Sequence record: OL615011
Direction: 5' to 3' (one strand)
Origin: Shigella phage vB_SboS_Gloob
Length of the DNA: 64,000 nucleotides
Made by a program: the position numbers and the translations under genes. Shown piece by piece: positions 1 to 9,217 of the stretch (positions are counted from its first letter, which is position 1; every line of letters starts with the position of its first letter). Under the pieces are notes generated by a model. That model ran no database searches. It worked only from the letters and a program-made list of their open reading frames with translations, and was not told the origin of the DNA.

Positions 1-753
1 ACAGTTTCTCAGACTTGGAGGTATGCACTTCATCCACCACGATGTCACCGAACTGGTGGAACCATTCTTTCGGCTGGTCTTGAATGCCCTGCCATGTACT
101 GATGACGATTGGTTTGCTGATTTCCTTTGTCGCGCCCTCAAAGATCAACTGAGTGTTGACAACGGGCTTCCAATCACTGCCGTGTGCGTACTCTTCAAAG
201 TTGTCGTACAGCTGAGTGACCAGGTGAATCGACGGCACCACGATAAGCGTCTTCAGAGGACTTTCGAGAGCTTCTCTGCGCTGCCTGTAGTACCGCGCCA
301 TGACATACAGAATAAAGGACTTACCAGCACTTGTAGCCAGTTCACAGACGCATCTGGTTTGACGCATAGCCTTGGCGATGGTGTCGTACTGATAGTCACG
401 GGTCTCAGCATCGATGTATTCGTGATTTTCGGTGCGGATCTTTGGATGGAGACTGTCGATGAAGTCATGGATTTCTTGATCTGGGATGTCCTGAATGTAC
501 TTCAGAGCCGGATCCAGTTCAATGGTGTATTTGTTGTTCTTGCAGAACTTGAACACCTCAAACAGTAGGCCGATATCAATCAGGCCGGATGACTTGGTGA
601 ATAAGCGAACAACCCCGTCCCATTTAGAGAAGGGGTTGGGAACGAAGTTCGGGTCTTCGAATTTGAAGTAGTCATTCAGCTCTTCCCTGATAGAAAGATC
701 TGCGATGCAACGCATGCGGACTTCGTTAACCTTAACAATCTGAATGTCTGCCA
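1..753 (-). CDS. uvsW: UvsW-like SF2 helicase, N-terminal ~250 aa; gene runs off the window edge
   Basis: Minus-strand ATG at 753 with GGGAG SD; translation MADIQIVKVNEV...LATSAGKS (Walker A)...TWQGIQDQPKEWFHQFGDIVVDEVH (DEVH box) matches remembered T4 UvsW; not in ORF track because it is open at the edge. Confidence 0.85.
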
Positions 754-775
754 TACAAAATCTCCCAAGATATAT

Positions 776-786
776 GGGGTATTTAG
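776..786 (-). promoter_or_regulatory. late promoter motif CTAAATACCCC (read on minus strand)
   Basis: Exact 11-mer about 25 nt upstream of the uvsW-like ATG; overlaps stop codon of upstream gene. Confidence 0.5.
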
Positions 787-1556
787 CGATCCGGCCAGAC
801 TCCGTTCTGTTCTTTATCCATGCGATGGTACAGACGAACACGCTCAAACATCTTTGTCAGGATGTCATCGCGGTTGAACTCTATGATGGTTGGCGTCAAC
901 GATGACTCGTTGGCAATCACATTGATGAGGCGGGTGATCTTGACACCGAACATCTGCTGGAACATAACAGAGTACAAGCACAGCTGGATACTGTAGTCCT
1001 CGATCATTCCCCGCGTCTTCATGGTGTTCGATGTCTTGAAGTCGATGATAGCAGGCTTACCCTCATAAACCCCGATAAGGTCCACTCGACCTGCGAGACC
1101 AAGCACCTCGCTATATAACGGGATCTCCTGAGCATAGATCTTTGTCATCTTGTTCAGATAGGGGAACAGCTGCTTGAACATGAACATGTATTCGCCAGCC
1201 GCTTCCAACACTTCTTTCATTGGGCGGTTCTTCAAATACAGTTCACATGCAAGGTGCAGCTTCTCCCCTCGGTCAGCGCAACGCATGGTCTCAAGGTCGG
1301 CGGCCTCTGCACCCAGCTTCTCCCTCCAAGCCTCAAGCCATTCATGATCACCAGTACGCCCCAGCATCGTCGTTACAGACGTCAGCTTGACACCAGTTGG
1401 TGACACATAATGACGACCGTTCTCCGTCGTCACACACTCCAGTTCCTTATGAGGAAGTTCGTACTGCTGGAATGTGTAATGACGATTTTCGAAGTCGTTC
1501 AGCTTGCGCAGGGCTTGGAGAGATGCCATCAGGAACCATCCATATATTTTCGCCAA
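783..1556 (-). CDS. PD-(D/E)xK-type nuclease-like protein (257 aa)
   Basis: ORF track; motif VDLIGVYEGKPAIIDFKTS resembles D...ExK nuclease core; no search performed. Confidence 0.4.
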   Translation of the reverse strand: MAKIYGWFLMASLQALRKLNDFENRHYTFQQYELPHKELECVTTENGRHYVSPTGVKLTSVTTMLGRTGDHEWLEAWREKLGAEAADLETMRCADRGEKLHLACELYLKNRPMKEVLEAAGEYMFMFKQLFPYLNKMTKIYAQEIPLYSEVLGLAGRVDLIGVYEGKPAIIDFKTSNTMKTRGMIEDYSIQLCLYSVMFQQMFGVKITRLINVIANESSLTPTIIEFNRDDILTKMFERVRLYHRMDKEQNGVWPDR

Positions 1557-1981
1557 TCAATGGCATTCTTCACTTCGTATCCCAGCTTGTTCAGGCGATC
1601 CAAACAAGTCTCGATGAACTTGACTTTTGCTTTCTGCTCTTGCAACAGAACAGACAGCTCTACATAGTCATCGTCGGCTTTGACCCATGTATCCAGGTCA
1701 GACTTCAGGGGGCGAACCTTCAGGGGGCGCTCTGCGTAGATGTTCGGGGGTAACTCCCCTGCATAGTAGCGGCGCAGATAGAGATCGATCTGGCGGAAGC
1801 GCCCGTTGAGGAATTCAAGATAACGCCCCTCACGCAGATAATGTCGTTGTACGGCCATCCAAGAGCGCCCGATTTTCAGTGAGATCTGGTCAAGGTTCAT
1901 GTCTTCTGGGTCCACTGTAATCAGCGGCTCCAGTTCGTTCATGATGTCCTCGGTTGCCATTGTCTGTAGTTGTTCTTTCAT
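1529..1981 (-). CDS. uvsY: UvsY-like recombination mediator (150 aa)
   Basis: ORF track; pattern YYAGE...VKADDDYVELSVLLQ...LGYEVKNAIDWR parallels remembered T4 UvsY (YYSGR...VLSADKDVLKVDTSLQ...RGFAIKHIQDMR). Confidence 0.55.
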   Translation of the reverse strand: MKEQLQTMATEDIMNELEPLITVDPEDMNLDQISLKIGRSWMAVQRHYLREGRYLEFLNGRFRQIDLYLRRYYAGELPPNIYAERPLKVRPLKSDLDTWVKADDDYVELSVLLQEQKAKVKFIETCLDRLNKLGYEVKNAIDWRKYMDGS

Positions 1982-2023
1982 AAAATATCCCAGCTTGTCA
2001 ATGTCATAGAATTATACCGTATT

Positions 2024-2524
2024 TCATGGATTAGAATCAATCACCTTCCCACCAGATAGTGGGACCAGCTGCTGGAACTTGAACGTCACTGTCGTCACCA
2101 GCTGAGGTACAGCCGCATCCACATCCACCAGTACGTTGTCCAGAGCAGTCGGACGGGCTTCCTCCAGCACGAGAGTGAGGCCAATCGGTCGGTTGAGGTT
2201 ATCCAGTAATTCAATGGTAATGTCCTTGGAGACAGCCAAATCCTTGCCGACGTTGCTGGTGATCCATTGGTGGATCTGTAACCACGATTTCCAGTCCTCG
2301 TCTATAACGAAAGTAAATACGACGGGATCATAGGTTAAACGTTCTGAAGGGATAGAAACCAGTACGTCGCCAGGAGACGGACCATCGATGCCTTCGGAGT
2401 ACACTCCTGGTATACTGAAGTCGTGGATGTTACGGGTTAGGAGTACAAGGTCTCCGATAGTCAGACGCCACTTATCGGACGCCGCGAAATTAGGGTTTTC
2501 GTTCTTGAATTGTACGTCGGACAT
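2024..2524 (-). CDS. hypothetical protein (166 aa)
   Basis: ORF track, ATG start, non-biased composition. Confidence 0.5.
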   Translation of the reverse strand: MSDVQFKNENPNFAASDKWRLTIGDLVLLTRNIHDFSIPGVYSEGIDGPSPGDVLVSIPSERLTYDPVVFTFVIDEDWKSWLQIHQWITSNVGKDLAVSKDITIELLDNLNRPIGLTLVLEEARPTALDNVLVDVDAAVPQLVTTVTFKFQQLVPLSGGKVIDSNP

Positions 2525-2562
2525 AATAGCACCTTTTGCTGTGGAGATATTTTGTGACCCTG

Positions 2563-3207
2563 ATGCGCGGGATCAGTAGATTGTTGTTGTTGGCATGCGC
2601 GATGCTCTTGCTTACGAGCTGTCGCATCTTTGTCACGCCAATAATTTCTGTTTCCGAACTCTGGAACCCAGAAGTACGCACCGTACCTGTGACGTTGTCG
2701 GCCAGTGTTCCTACTTGTAACAAGGGTATGCTGGACATCATCGTGCAAGAGTTCCAGACCTTCCAGAAGCTCGTGCCTTTGGGTTGCTTCGAGGAGAACA
2801 CGAGCACCCTCAAGCCATACTGGAAGACCACGATTCCCCTCCTGCGTCGTGGCGATGAAGGGAAGATTCCATACCTATCAGCAAGTATTTATTACTCTCA
2901 GAACAACAGCATCATCATCACTTTTAATCCATCATTCTACGCCAAGCTGAAGCAACACATGGTTGGGCGACTGAGTGAAACGTCGGATATAATCGTGACG
3001 TTCAAAATCATGAATGACTCAGACAAGCCAGTACGAATCGCAACTCAGGGTGTGTTCGTCAACAACGACGCAGTTGGGAATGAGATGAATATCTTTGAAG
3101 TTAACCCAGGGGGAACCATCTGGATTAGACTGAGTAATGTGGGTGTGAACTCCCTACTGTTGGATGGCATCGAACCAGTGGGAGTTCTTCCGGCGCGGGA
3201 GCGCTGA
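2563..3207 (+). CDS. putative lipoprotein (214 aa from ATG 2563; track ORF begins at TTG 2536)
   Basis: N-terminus MRGISRLLLLACAMLLLTSC has a signal peptide and lipobox-like LTSC; plus-strand ORF exactly fills the gap between two minus-strand genes. Confidence 0.45.
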   Translation: MRGISRLLLLACAMLLLTSCRIFVTPIISVSELWNPEVRTVPVTLSASVPTCNKGMLDIIVQEFQTFQKLVPLGCFEENTSTLKPYWKTTIPLLRRGDEGKIPYLSASIYYSQNNSIIITFNPSFYAKLKQHMVGRLSETSDIIVTFKIMNDSDKPVRIATQGVFVNNDAVGNEMNIFEVNPGGTIWIRLSNVGVNSLLLDGIEPVGVLPARER

Positions 3208-3209
3208 GA

Positions 3210-3938
3210 TTACTTCAGGGCGCTCTTCAGATTATCAGAACCTATGTTGTTGATAACGCCACCAGCGCACAGGTCTTTAGCCCACTCAGACAGTACATTG
3301 GCGAACGAGAAGTTCAGACACTTGCTGACCATGTCTTGGATGTGGGCTAACTCTGAGGCAATACCATTGGCGATATCCTGACCGATTTGCGCCACCTGAG
3401 CAATAGCATCGTTGATATATCCGGTAACTTCGGCGGCCAGCGCCTGGATCTTTGCTAGGCCAGCGCTTACGCCCTGCGCAACTAACTCAGCCAGTTCGGC
3501 CATCTTGGCAGTAACAGTGCTGAGAGCACCCTCCATAGCCCCGATCCACTGGCGCCCAAGAGTCTGTATGACGCCGAAGGCATTGTTGATCAGATCACAG
3601 TTGGTCGGCTCGCGCTCGATTGACTTCAGGCCAGATTTGTACGACACGGAAGTCCCGATGCGGGAATACGCTTCGTTCACAGTCTGATCACCATAGTTGT
3701 TCAGCGTGGTGAGGCTGGTGTCGGCAGAGGTGAACATCGTGTTCGTTTCATTGAGTTTGGCTGTGGTTAGACCGCCTGCCGTCAGAGCGCCCTGGATTTG
3801 CGTATTTCCGGTGTTTGCCAGTGCAGCTGTAGTCGCCTTGCCGCTGGTGATTAAACCCTGAGACGTGCTGCTGAGGGACGGGAGAGGATTGTTAAATGCG
3901 TTACCCTGCTCAAGGGCGTCATAGATCTGTGCGTTCAT
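3210..3938 (-). CDS. hypothetical late protein, Ala/Gly/Thr-rich (243 aa)
   Basis: ORF track; start taken at MNAQIYD because the upstream in-frame ATG lies inside the promoter palindrome. Confidence 0.5.
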   Translation of the reverse strand: MNAQIYDALEQGNAFNNPLPSLSSTSQGLITSGKATTAALANTGNTQIQGALTAGGLTTAKLNETNTMFTSADTSLTTLNNYGDQTVNEAYSRIGTSVSYKSGLKSIEREPTNCDLINNAFGVIQTLGRQWIGAMEGALSTVTAKMAELAELVAQGVSAGLAKIQALAAEVTGYINDAIAQVAQIGQDIANGIASELAHIQDMVSKCLNFSFANVLSEWAKDLCAGGVINNIGSDNLKSALK

Positions 3939-3961
3939 AGAAAATACCCCCATGGATGATG

Positions 3962-3972
3962 GGGGTATTTAG
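3962..3972 (-). promoter_or_regulatory. late promoter motif CTAAATACCCC inside a palindrome (AAATACCCCCAT / ATGGGGGTATTT)
   Basis: Exact motif 25-30 nt upstream of gene start 3938; inverted repeat spans about 3936-3972. Confidence 0.5.
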
Positions 3973-4185
3973 GGGATCATGGCAGTTTGTAAACGAAGTT
4001 GGACCAGAACTTGCGAGCGAACTTCTTGGCATAGACCTTCCAGTCGGCGTATTCGCCCTCCTTCAGGTCATTGTAGGTCTCGAACCCTACTGCTCCCAAG
4101 AAGTACGCCGTGAAGATATAGCAGAACAGATTGACGACAAACATGATGTATCTCCGCTGTGTGAACTCAAATTATTTATGGTATG

Positions 4186-4608
4186 TTATAAAAGGCGCTT
4201 GGTCTTCGGCTTGCCCATTAGAGTGATGTCCACAGGGAGGCCAGTTTTCTTGCAACGGTTGATCATATCCAGAGTGCCAGTAGACGAGCCGTCCCACATC
4301 GCAATCGGATACACTTCCAGCCTGGTCTGCCTGACGAGTTCCAATGCCTTGTCTAACATGTCCTGATTGCGTTTGTTACCCATCCCTTTCCCATACCTTT
4401 CATAATAGCTCGGAGGGATTGGCATAGGAGTGATATGAACATAATTGATTTCAGCCCAATCACGGCAAATCGTGTCGACACCCGTGGCCTCACCCTCGAT
4501 CAACGTATAGACTTCATGAGGATCGAGAAGTTCGTCCAGCTTGGCGAATACCTTATCCCGCTCGGTGATTGAGCGGGAACCTGTAACGAGTACGATATAC
4601 TTCTTCAT
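4186..4608 (-). CDS. SLOG/DprA-like Rossmann-fold protein (141 aa)
   Basis: Start MKKYIVLVTGSRS; glycine-rich loop after a beta-strand resembles DprA/LOG-like families; weak, by eye only. Confidence 0.35.
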   Translation of the reverse strand: MKKYIVLVTGSRSITERDKVFAKLDELLDPHEVYTLIEGEATGVDTICRDWAEINYVHITPMPIPPSYYERYGKGMGNKRNQDMLDKALELVRQTRLEVYPIAMWDGSSTGTLDMINRCKKTGLPVDITLMGKPKTKRLL

Positions 4609-4613
4609 AGAAC

Positions 4614-4958
4614 TCACAGCGCCCCAAGATTGCCGATGACATACAGGGAGCACAGAGGAGTGCCTGACGAACGGGGTTCGATTGTCATCCCGCTCAGGCG
4701 GATCAGTTCCAGTAAGCCGTCAGTGGTTTGATACGCGCGTGTCGAACCGTTCGGACGGTATAGCTCCAGCTCGGTTCGCCCTTCCTTTAATGCGTTACGA
4801 ATGCGAGTGAACACACTGTGGCCGCCGAACTTCTGCTTCAGAAGGTCCAGCTTGGTGACCAGACGGCGCGATTTGCGCGGCTTACGCTTGTTTGGCTTTT
4901 CTAATTTGACGATGTGGGGGATCTCCACACGGTTGGTCATTTTGGTATCGCATGCCAT
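4614..4958 (-). CDS. hypothetical basic protein (114 aa)
   Basis: ORF track; ATG with GAGGA SD. Confidence 0.45.
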   Translation of the reverse strand: MACDTKMTNRVEIPHIVKLEKPNKRKPRKSRRLVTKLDLLKQKFGGHSVFTRIRNALKEGRTELELYRPNGSTRAYQTTDGLLELIRLSGMTIEPRSSGTPLCSLYVIGNLGAL

Positions 4959-5027
4959 GGTAAAGTCCTCTATTTGTAGGGGATAGGGTATGCGCTTAAC
5001 ATACCCCGTTCAAAGGTTTAGAACAAA

Positions 5028-5336
5028 TCAAGAAAAATTGAACTTGTTGTCAACGAAGGTCAGGCGGGAGCATACTTCTTCAACTGCATCAACCATCATA
5101 AAATCTTTGAATGCTTCATGCAAGGCATTCAGGAAGGAAGCTGGGACTAAACCACAAGCCGGGTTGTCAAACAGAGCTGAAGCAACTACTGCGTTGTAAG
5201 TTGAATCAGGAGTAGCAGACTGGCACAACATCATGGCTTCAGCGTTCTTTACCGCATGGTATTTAAAGGTGTTAACCACAGTGGTTTTGTTGGATTTTGC
5301 CAGTTGAGCTTCGAATTGTTCTTTGGTGATTGTCAT
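5028..5336 (-). CDS. hypothetical protein (103 aa from MTITKEQFE)
   Basis: ORF track; internal ATG chosen because it sits downstream of the promoter-like hairpin. Confidence 0.45.
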   Translation of the reverse strand: MTITKEQFEAQLAKSNKTTVVNTFKYHAVKNAEAMMLCQSATPDSTYNAVVASALFDNPACGLVPASFLNALHEAFKDFMMVDAVEEVCSRLTFVDNKFNFS

Positions 5337-5385
5337 GATATAGTTCCTTCGCTTCAAGTTGGTATTGTGTTGCTTGTCCTTGAAG

Positions 5386-5415
5386 TATACGGGGTTTATT
5401 GAAGAAGTAAACCCC
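5386..5415 (-). promoter_or_regulatory. sigma70-like early promoter overlapping a 10-bp-stem hairpin
   Basis: Minus strand reads GTTTAC-N17-TATACT; hairpin ACGGGGTTTA..TAAACCCCGT encloses the spacer; plus-strand flank is T-rich. Confidence 0.4.
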
Positions 5416-5436
5416 GTTTATTGAATAAATTTAAAA

Positions 5437-5673
5437 TTATTTGAAGCGATCCGGAAGGGTGTCGTGAACCTCGGCGCTCAGCACCAGGTACTTGCCGTCT
5501 TTAGTGGGGAAGCAATAGTCTTTCTTGATGTGTCGCATGTGTTCAGCCGTGGCCGCCACGCAGTCTTCGGTCACATCAGTCTTCTCACCGACCCACATGC
5601 TGGTCTTGGTGTTCAGGGTGCCCTGGAAGATTGTCCCAGTGAGTGGGCTTGCGCCGATCTTTTTAATTCTCAT
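5437..5673 (-). CDS. hypothetical protein (about 78 aa)
   Basis: ORF track. Confidence 0.4.
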   Translation of the reverse strand: MRIKKIGASPLTGTIFQGTLNTKTSMWVGEKTDVTEDCVAATAEHMRHIKKDYCFPTKDGKYLVLSAEVHDTLPDRFK

Positions 5674-6047
5674 AATTTCTCCCAAGTCCAGGTTTGAGCT
5701 TTAGCCTTTCCGATGACAGGAATATCCCGGTGCATATTCCGGAATGACCCAGTCTGATAGAAACTGATCTTCACCCGTTCATGGTTGACGCTCTGAGCCC
5801 ACACATGATGGCCGTCTGGGTAAAATTCACGTTCGTTACCGCCGTCTTTGGCCACCCGAGTTACGACATAAGTGTCGATCAGATAATCGAATACCGTGTT
5901 AGAATCCGGGGTGGCTTCGCCCTGGCTTGTGGTCCAATCACCAACGCAATTTGAGTAAAGAAGATGATTCGGAACCTCAGTCAGGACAGTCATTCCTTCT
6001 TTGATTTCGAACACATCACCAACTTGAAGCAGGGGTAAATTGCTCAT
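5670..6047 (-). CDS. hypothetical protein (125 aa)
   Basis: ORF track. Confidence 0.45.
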   Translation of the reverse strand: MSNLPLLQVGDVFEIKEGMTVLTEVPNHLLYSNCVGDWTTSQGEATPDSNTVFDYLIDTYVVTRVAKDGGNEREFYPDGHHVWAQSVNHERVKISFYQTGSFRNMHRDIPVIGKAKAQTWTWEKL

Positions 6048-6055
6048 AACAGACC

Positions 6056-6493
6056 TCAGCTAATGCGGAACAGATGTGGATAACCACCAGGATGGCCCTG
6101 ACCCGTAACGAACACATCGAACTTAGATCCTTTGATCAGGCCGGGGAGATTACCAGAGTCCAGCAGTTCGCGGATCTGATCCATCGCCAGCATCCAGTTC
6201 TTAGCAGGTTCAGCTTCAGCCTCTCCACGATTGAGGACGAGTTCACCTTCAGAATAATACTTCCCGCTGTCTTTCATATAGTACAGCTTGATATGGATGT
6301 ACTGAGGGGACGGGACCAAACGCCAGCCATCGTCAATCAGATCCTGGCGATCATTATCCAGGGACTGGTAATCGATCTCACCAGACGCCAGACCATAGCT
6401 GCGCATGTAGCGGAACTTCTCAACACGGTCTTTTACGTCAGAGATGAAGAACTCCTTCGTGGCAGGACTGATGAAAATGTATTTCTCTTTTGA
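6056..6493 (-). CDS. hypothetical protein (146 aa from MSKEKYIF)
   Basis: ORF track. Confidence 0.45.
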   Translation of the reverse strand, partial: SKEKYIFISPATKEFFISDVKDRVEKFRYMRSYGLASGEIDYQSLDNDRQDLIDDGWRLVPSPQYIHIKLYYMKDSGKYYSEGELVLNRGEAEAEPAKNWMLAMDQIRELLDSGNLPGLIKGSKFDVFVTGQGHPGGYPHLFRIS

Positions 6494-6513
6494 CATGATA
6501 TAGATCCTTCCTT

Positions 6514-6738
6514 TCAAAGAATGATGTGTTCGTCGATATCGGACTGCGTTGCAATCTCCCAGCGGACGACATTTTCGGTTGTGATGAAATCACGGTTCAG
6601 GTGAGAGGCTGGCACATACACCATCGTGTCGACCATGAAGTAACGCTGCTCGTTGTTCCAGGAGTCAACATAAGCCTCAATAAGGCATACTTCGATCACT
6701 TCGCCTTTCGGCTTCTTCACAGTCTTTTTCAGGTACAT
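6514..6738 (-). CDS. hypothetical protein (about 74 aa)
   Basis: ORF track. Confidence 0.4.
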   Translation of the reverse strand: MYLKKTVKKPKGEVIEVCLIEAYVDSWNNEQRYFMVDTMVYVPASHLNRDFITTENVVRWEIATQSDIDEHIIL

Positions 6739-6798
6739 GGCACAGCCCTCGGATAGTAGACGGGGCAATAATACCTCTCGCCCCGTTATTGAAAACTG

Positions 6799-6999
6799 TT
6801 ATCCTTCTTGTTCTTCCCAACCCCATTCATCTTCCCAAGACTGGCGAGGGGTCTTGCCCGCTTCGTAATCATCACGCCAGGCGTCGGCGTCGGCGGCCGA
6901 ACCACCCTGACTTTTCGCGACTTTGCACAATACGTCGTGCCACTCACGGAAAGTGGAGTTGGCGACTGTGGTGTTTACAGAATCTTCTTTCAGGCTCAT
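6799..6999 (-). CDS. small acidic Trp-rich protein (about 67 aa)
   Basis: ORF track; C-terminus WEDEWGWEEQEG. Confidence 0.4.
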   Translation of the reverse strand: MSLKEDSVNTTVANSTFREWHDVLCKVAKSQGGSAADADAWRDDYEAGKTPRQSWEDEWGWEEQEG

Positions 7000-7058
7000 T
7001 GTGATTTCCTCGATTAATAGAGAGGGTATTATTACCCTCATGCAATCTTTGAAACTCT

Positions 7059-7391
7059 TTATCCAGCCAAAGTCATATTCTGGGAACCAACCCCATCTTC
7101 ACATTCTGGATGACATGAAGTGCCCAGTTTTTCATGGATTACATCCAGATGGGTAAAGATAGCGTCGATGATATCGTCTTGGTCAGACTGGACGTCAATC
7201 ACCAAGCCGACCAGACCAGGCGCGGCCATTTCTTTATCTTCACCTTTCTGAGCGGTTGGGTAATCACCGTCGAGTTGGATACGGATGTTTCTGATATTGG
7301 TGAGGAGGTTGCACAAACGCTCTTTATGAGAACGAGCATTGACCAAGATTTGGGACACGGATTGTGTTGGTGATACGAGGTTACTTGACAT
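7059..7391 (-). CDS. hypothetical protein (about 111 aa)
   Basis: ORF track; SD partly inside an 11-bp perfect inverted repeat at about 7397-7437. Confidence 0.4.
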   Translation of the reverse strand: MSSNLVSPTQSVSQILVNARSHKERLCNLLTNIRNIRIQLDGDYPTAQKGEDKEMAAPGLVGLVIDVQSDQDDIIDAIFTHLDVIHEKLGTSCHPECEDGVGSQNMTLAG

Positions 7392-7483
7392 GATTTGTAC
7401 TCCTGTTGTATGGTTGACTGTACAAGCATACAACAGGCAGGTGTATTGAACAACGCGGGTATTAAATCGACACGATAAAGGAA

Positions 7484-7723
7484 TTAACTCGGAATGTGCC
7501 TAGCGATCTTCTTGTTGATGTCGTCTAGCAGAATATTCATCGTATCTTTGTAGACCTCTACAGCCAATATCGATTTGGAATTCATGAATGAGCTGAAGAT
7601 ACCAGATTTCAAACGCCTCAACTCCTTTTCCGCTTCTTCAATCTGTCTCATGATGTATTTCTTCGCGCCCTGTAGCTCTATAGCACGGATGTCTATTTCT
7701 TTATCGTTCATGATGGCCTCCAA
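7484..7723 (-). CDS. hypothetical coiled-coil protein (79 aa)
   Basis: ORF track. Confidence 0.45.
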   Translation of the reverse strand: MEAIMNDKEIDIRAIELQGAKKYIMRQIEEAEKELRRLKSGIFSSFMNSKSILAVEVYKDTMNILLDDINKKIARHIPS

Positions 7724-7760
7724 TTAGTTTGGCACATCATATAGCGAATCCCCATAATGA

Positions 7761-7784
7761 AAAACCCCGCCGAAGCGGGGTTTT
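7761..7784 (-). terminator. rho-independent terminator after capsid gene
   Basis: Minus strand CCCCGC-TTCG-GCGGGG followed by UUUUUC. Confidence 0.7.
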
Positions 7785-7803
7785 GTAGGACCAGCCTGTT
7801 AGA

Positions 7804-9135
7804 TTAGAACAGACCTTTGATCAGACCTTTACGGAAGTAAGGGTTGCTGTCCTGAGCGATACCATCGGCAGTCACGTAAACCTGTGGGTCCTGGTTCGCT
7901 GGGATCTGTACGAATGGGTTCGCGCAGATGCCGTAACGAGTTTTGAACGCCATACGTGGGCTGAAGGTGGTTTCACCCTGGGTGCGGTACATTTCCAGCG
8001 GCACATACGGCGCGAAGAAGATACCAGCATCCAGCGCGGTTGCGCCTTTGTACGCCAGGGTGATGTATTCAGCAACCGCATACGGGTCGATGTATACACG
8101 CATACCGTTGGACAGTACACCAGCGAAGGTCTGGCCAGTTGGGTCGATCGCCAGCTTGGTGTTTTCCTGCAGCGCCGGAGCGTAATCCAGCATGCCGGAC
8201 ATTGCCAGAGCGGATGCTACGTTCGGAGAACACAGAACACGGTTGCCTTTACCACGACGGGTGTCAACACCGATGCCGTTCGCTTCAACTTCCAGCATGA
8301 AAGTCATGTACTTCCATTTTTCCAGCGCCCAACGACCGGAGATGTCGGTGGAGATGTCTACAACGCCGTTTGCGCCGAATTTTTTGAAGCGTACTGCACT
8401 GAAGTTCATGGTACGGATGAACTCACGGTTCATTTCCGCCTGAATTTCAGTTACCATCACGTCGGACAGGATGCTGTCAACGTCTTCGCCGTGGATCGCC
8501 ATCATGTCCTGGCGCAGTTCATGGCTGTAGTCAGCGTACAGGCCACGAGACTTCGCAGTCACGGTTGCTTTCTGAACGGTGATACCAACACGCGCCCATG
8601 GGTTGGTGGTGGTGCCCAGCAGTTCAGCGTCGGTGGTTGGCATGCCTTTACCGATGGTGGTCACGCCAGCGCCGGAACCTTCGATCTCGGCCTGAGTAAA
8701 GCCAGATGGATCGCCAGCCTGTACAGTACCGTCACCAGAGTAGCCGGAATCAGCTTCCTGCATGAACAGTTCTTTACGGGACTGTTGGGTGTTGGATGAG
8801 TCGCCGACGCCCTGGCGAGCACGCAGAGCAAAGATCTGACCGTCAGGACCAGACAGCGGCTGTACGCCGAAGAAGTCCATCGCGATGTTGATCGGAGCCA
8901 GACGTTTTGCCATGTCGATCAGGACTGGCTGCCATTTGCCCACAGAGTTGTTCACAGAACCAGGAGCGTCAGATTCGCCCAGGTTTTTGGCGTTCCACTC
9001 AGCCTGGTTTTGCAGCAGGCGGACAGCAACGTTTTCGGCAGAAAGCGGCTGGATACTTTCAGATTCTTTCTGAAGAACTGGCAGCCACTGCTCGCGCATT
9101 TGTTCGGTAACAAGTTTCTTAGCCATGATGGTCAT
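7804..9135 (-). CDS. major capsid protein, T4 gp23-like (443 aa)
   Basis: GVQPLSGPDGQIFALRA and C-terminus YFRKGLIKGLF parallel remembered T4 gp23; position after scaffold and protease genes. Confidence 0.9.
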   Translation of the reverse strand: MTIMAKKLVTEQMREQWLPVLQKESESIQPLSAENVAVRLLQNQAEWNAKNLGESDAPGSVNNSVGKWQPVLIDMAKRLAPINIAMDFFGVQPLSGPDGQIFALRARQGVGDSSNTQQSRKELFMQEADSGYSGDGTVQAGDPSGFTQAEIEGSGAGVTTIGKGMPTTDAELLGTTTNPWARVGITVQKATVTAKSRGLYADYSHELRQDMMAIHGEDVDSILSDVMVTEIQAEMNREFIRTMNFSAVRFKKFGANGVVDISTDISGRWALEKWKYMTFMLEVEANGIGVDTRRGKGNRVLCSPNVASALAMSGMLDYAPALQENTKLAIDPTGQTFAGVLSNGMRVYIDPYAVAEYITLAYKGATALDAGIFFAPYVPLEMYRTQGETTFSPRMAFKTRYGICANPFVQIPANQDPQVYVTADGIAQDSNPYFRKGLIKGLF

Positions 9136-9186
9136 TCCTTACATTGATATTCAGTTAAGTTGAAATTACTTAGTAGTTCAAAATCA

Positions 9187-9204
9187 AGCCCCCTTTCGAG
9201 GGCT
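9187..9204 (-). terminator. hairpin terminator after scaffold gene
   Basis: AGCCC..GGGCT stem followed by U-rich tract on minus strand. Confidence 0.45.
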
Positions 9205-9217
9205 GTGGCTGCTAAAA

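Noticed and set aside
23-568. Plus-strand ORF (181 aa) and nested minus ORF 253-468 at the left edge
   Set aside because: They lie antisense or out of frame within the UvsW-like helicase gene, whose translation is continuous and shows helicase motifs
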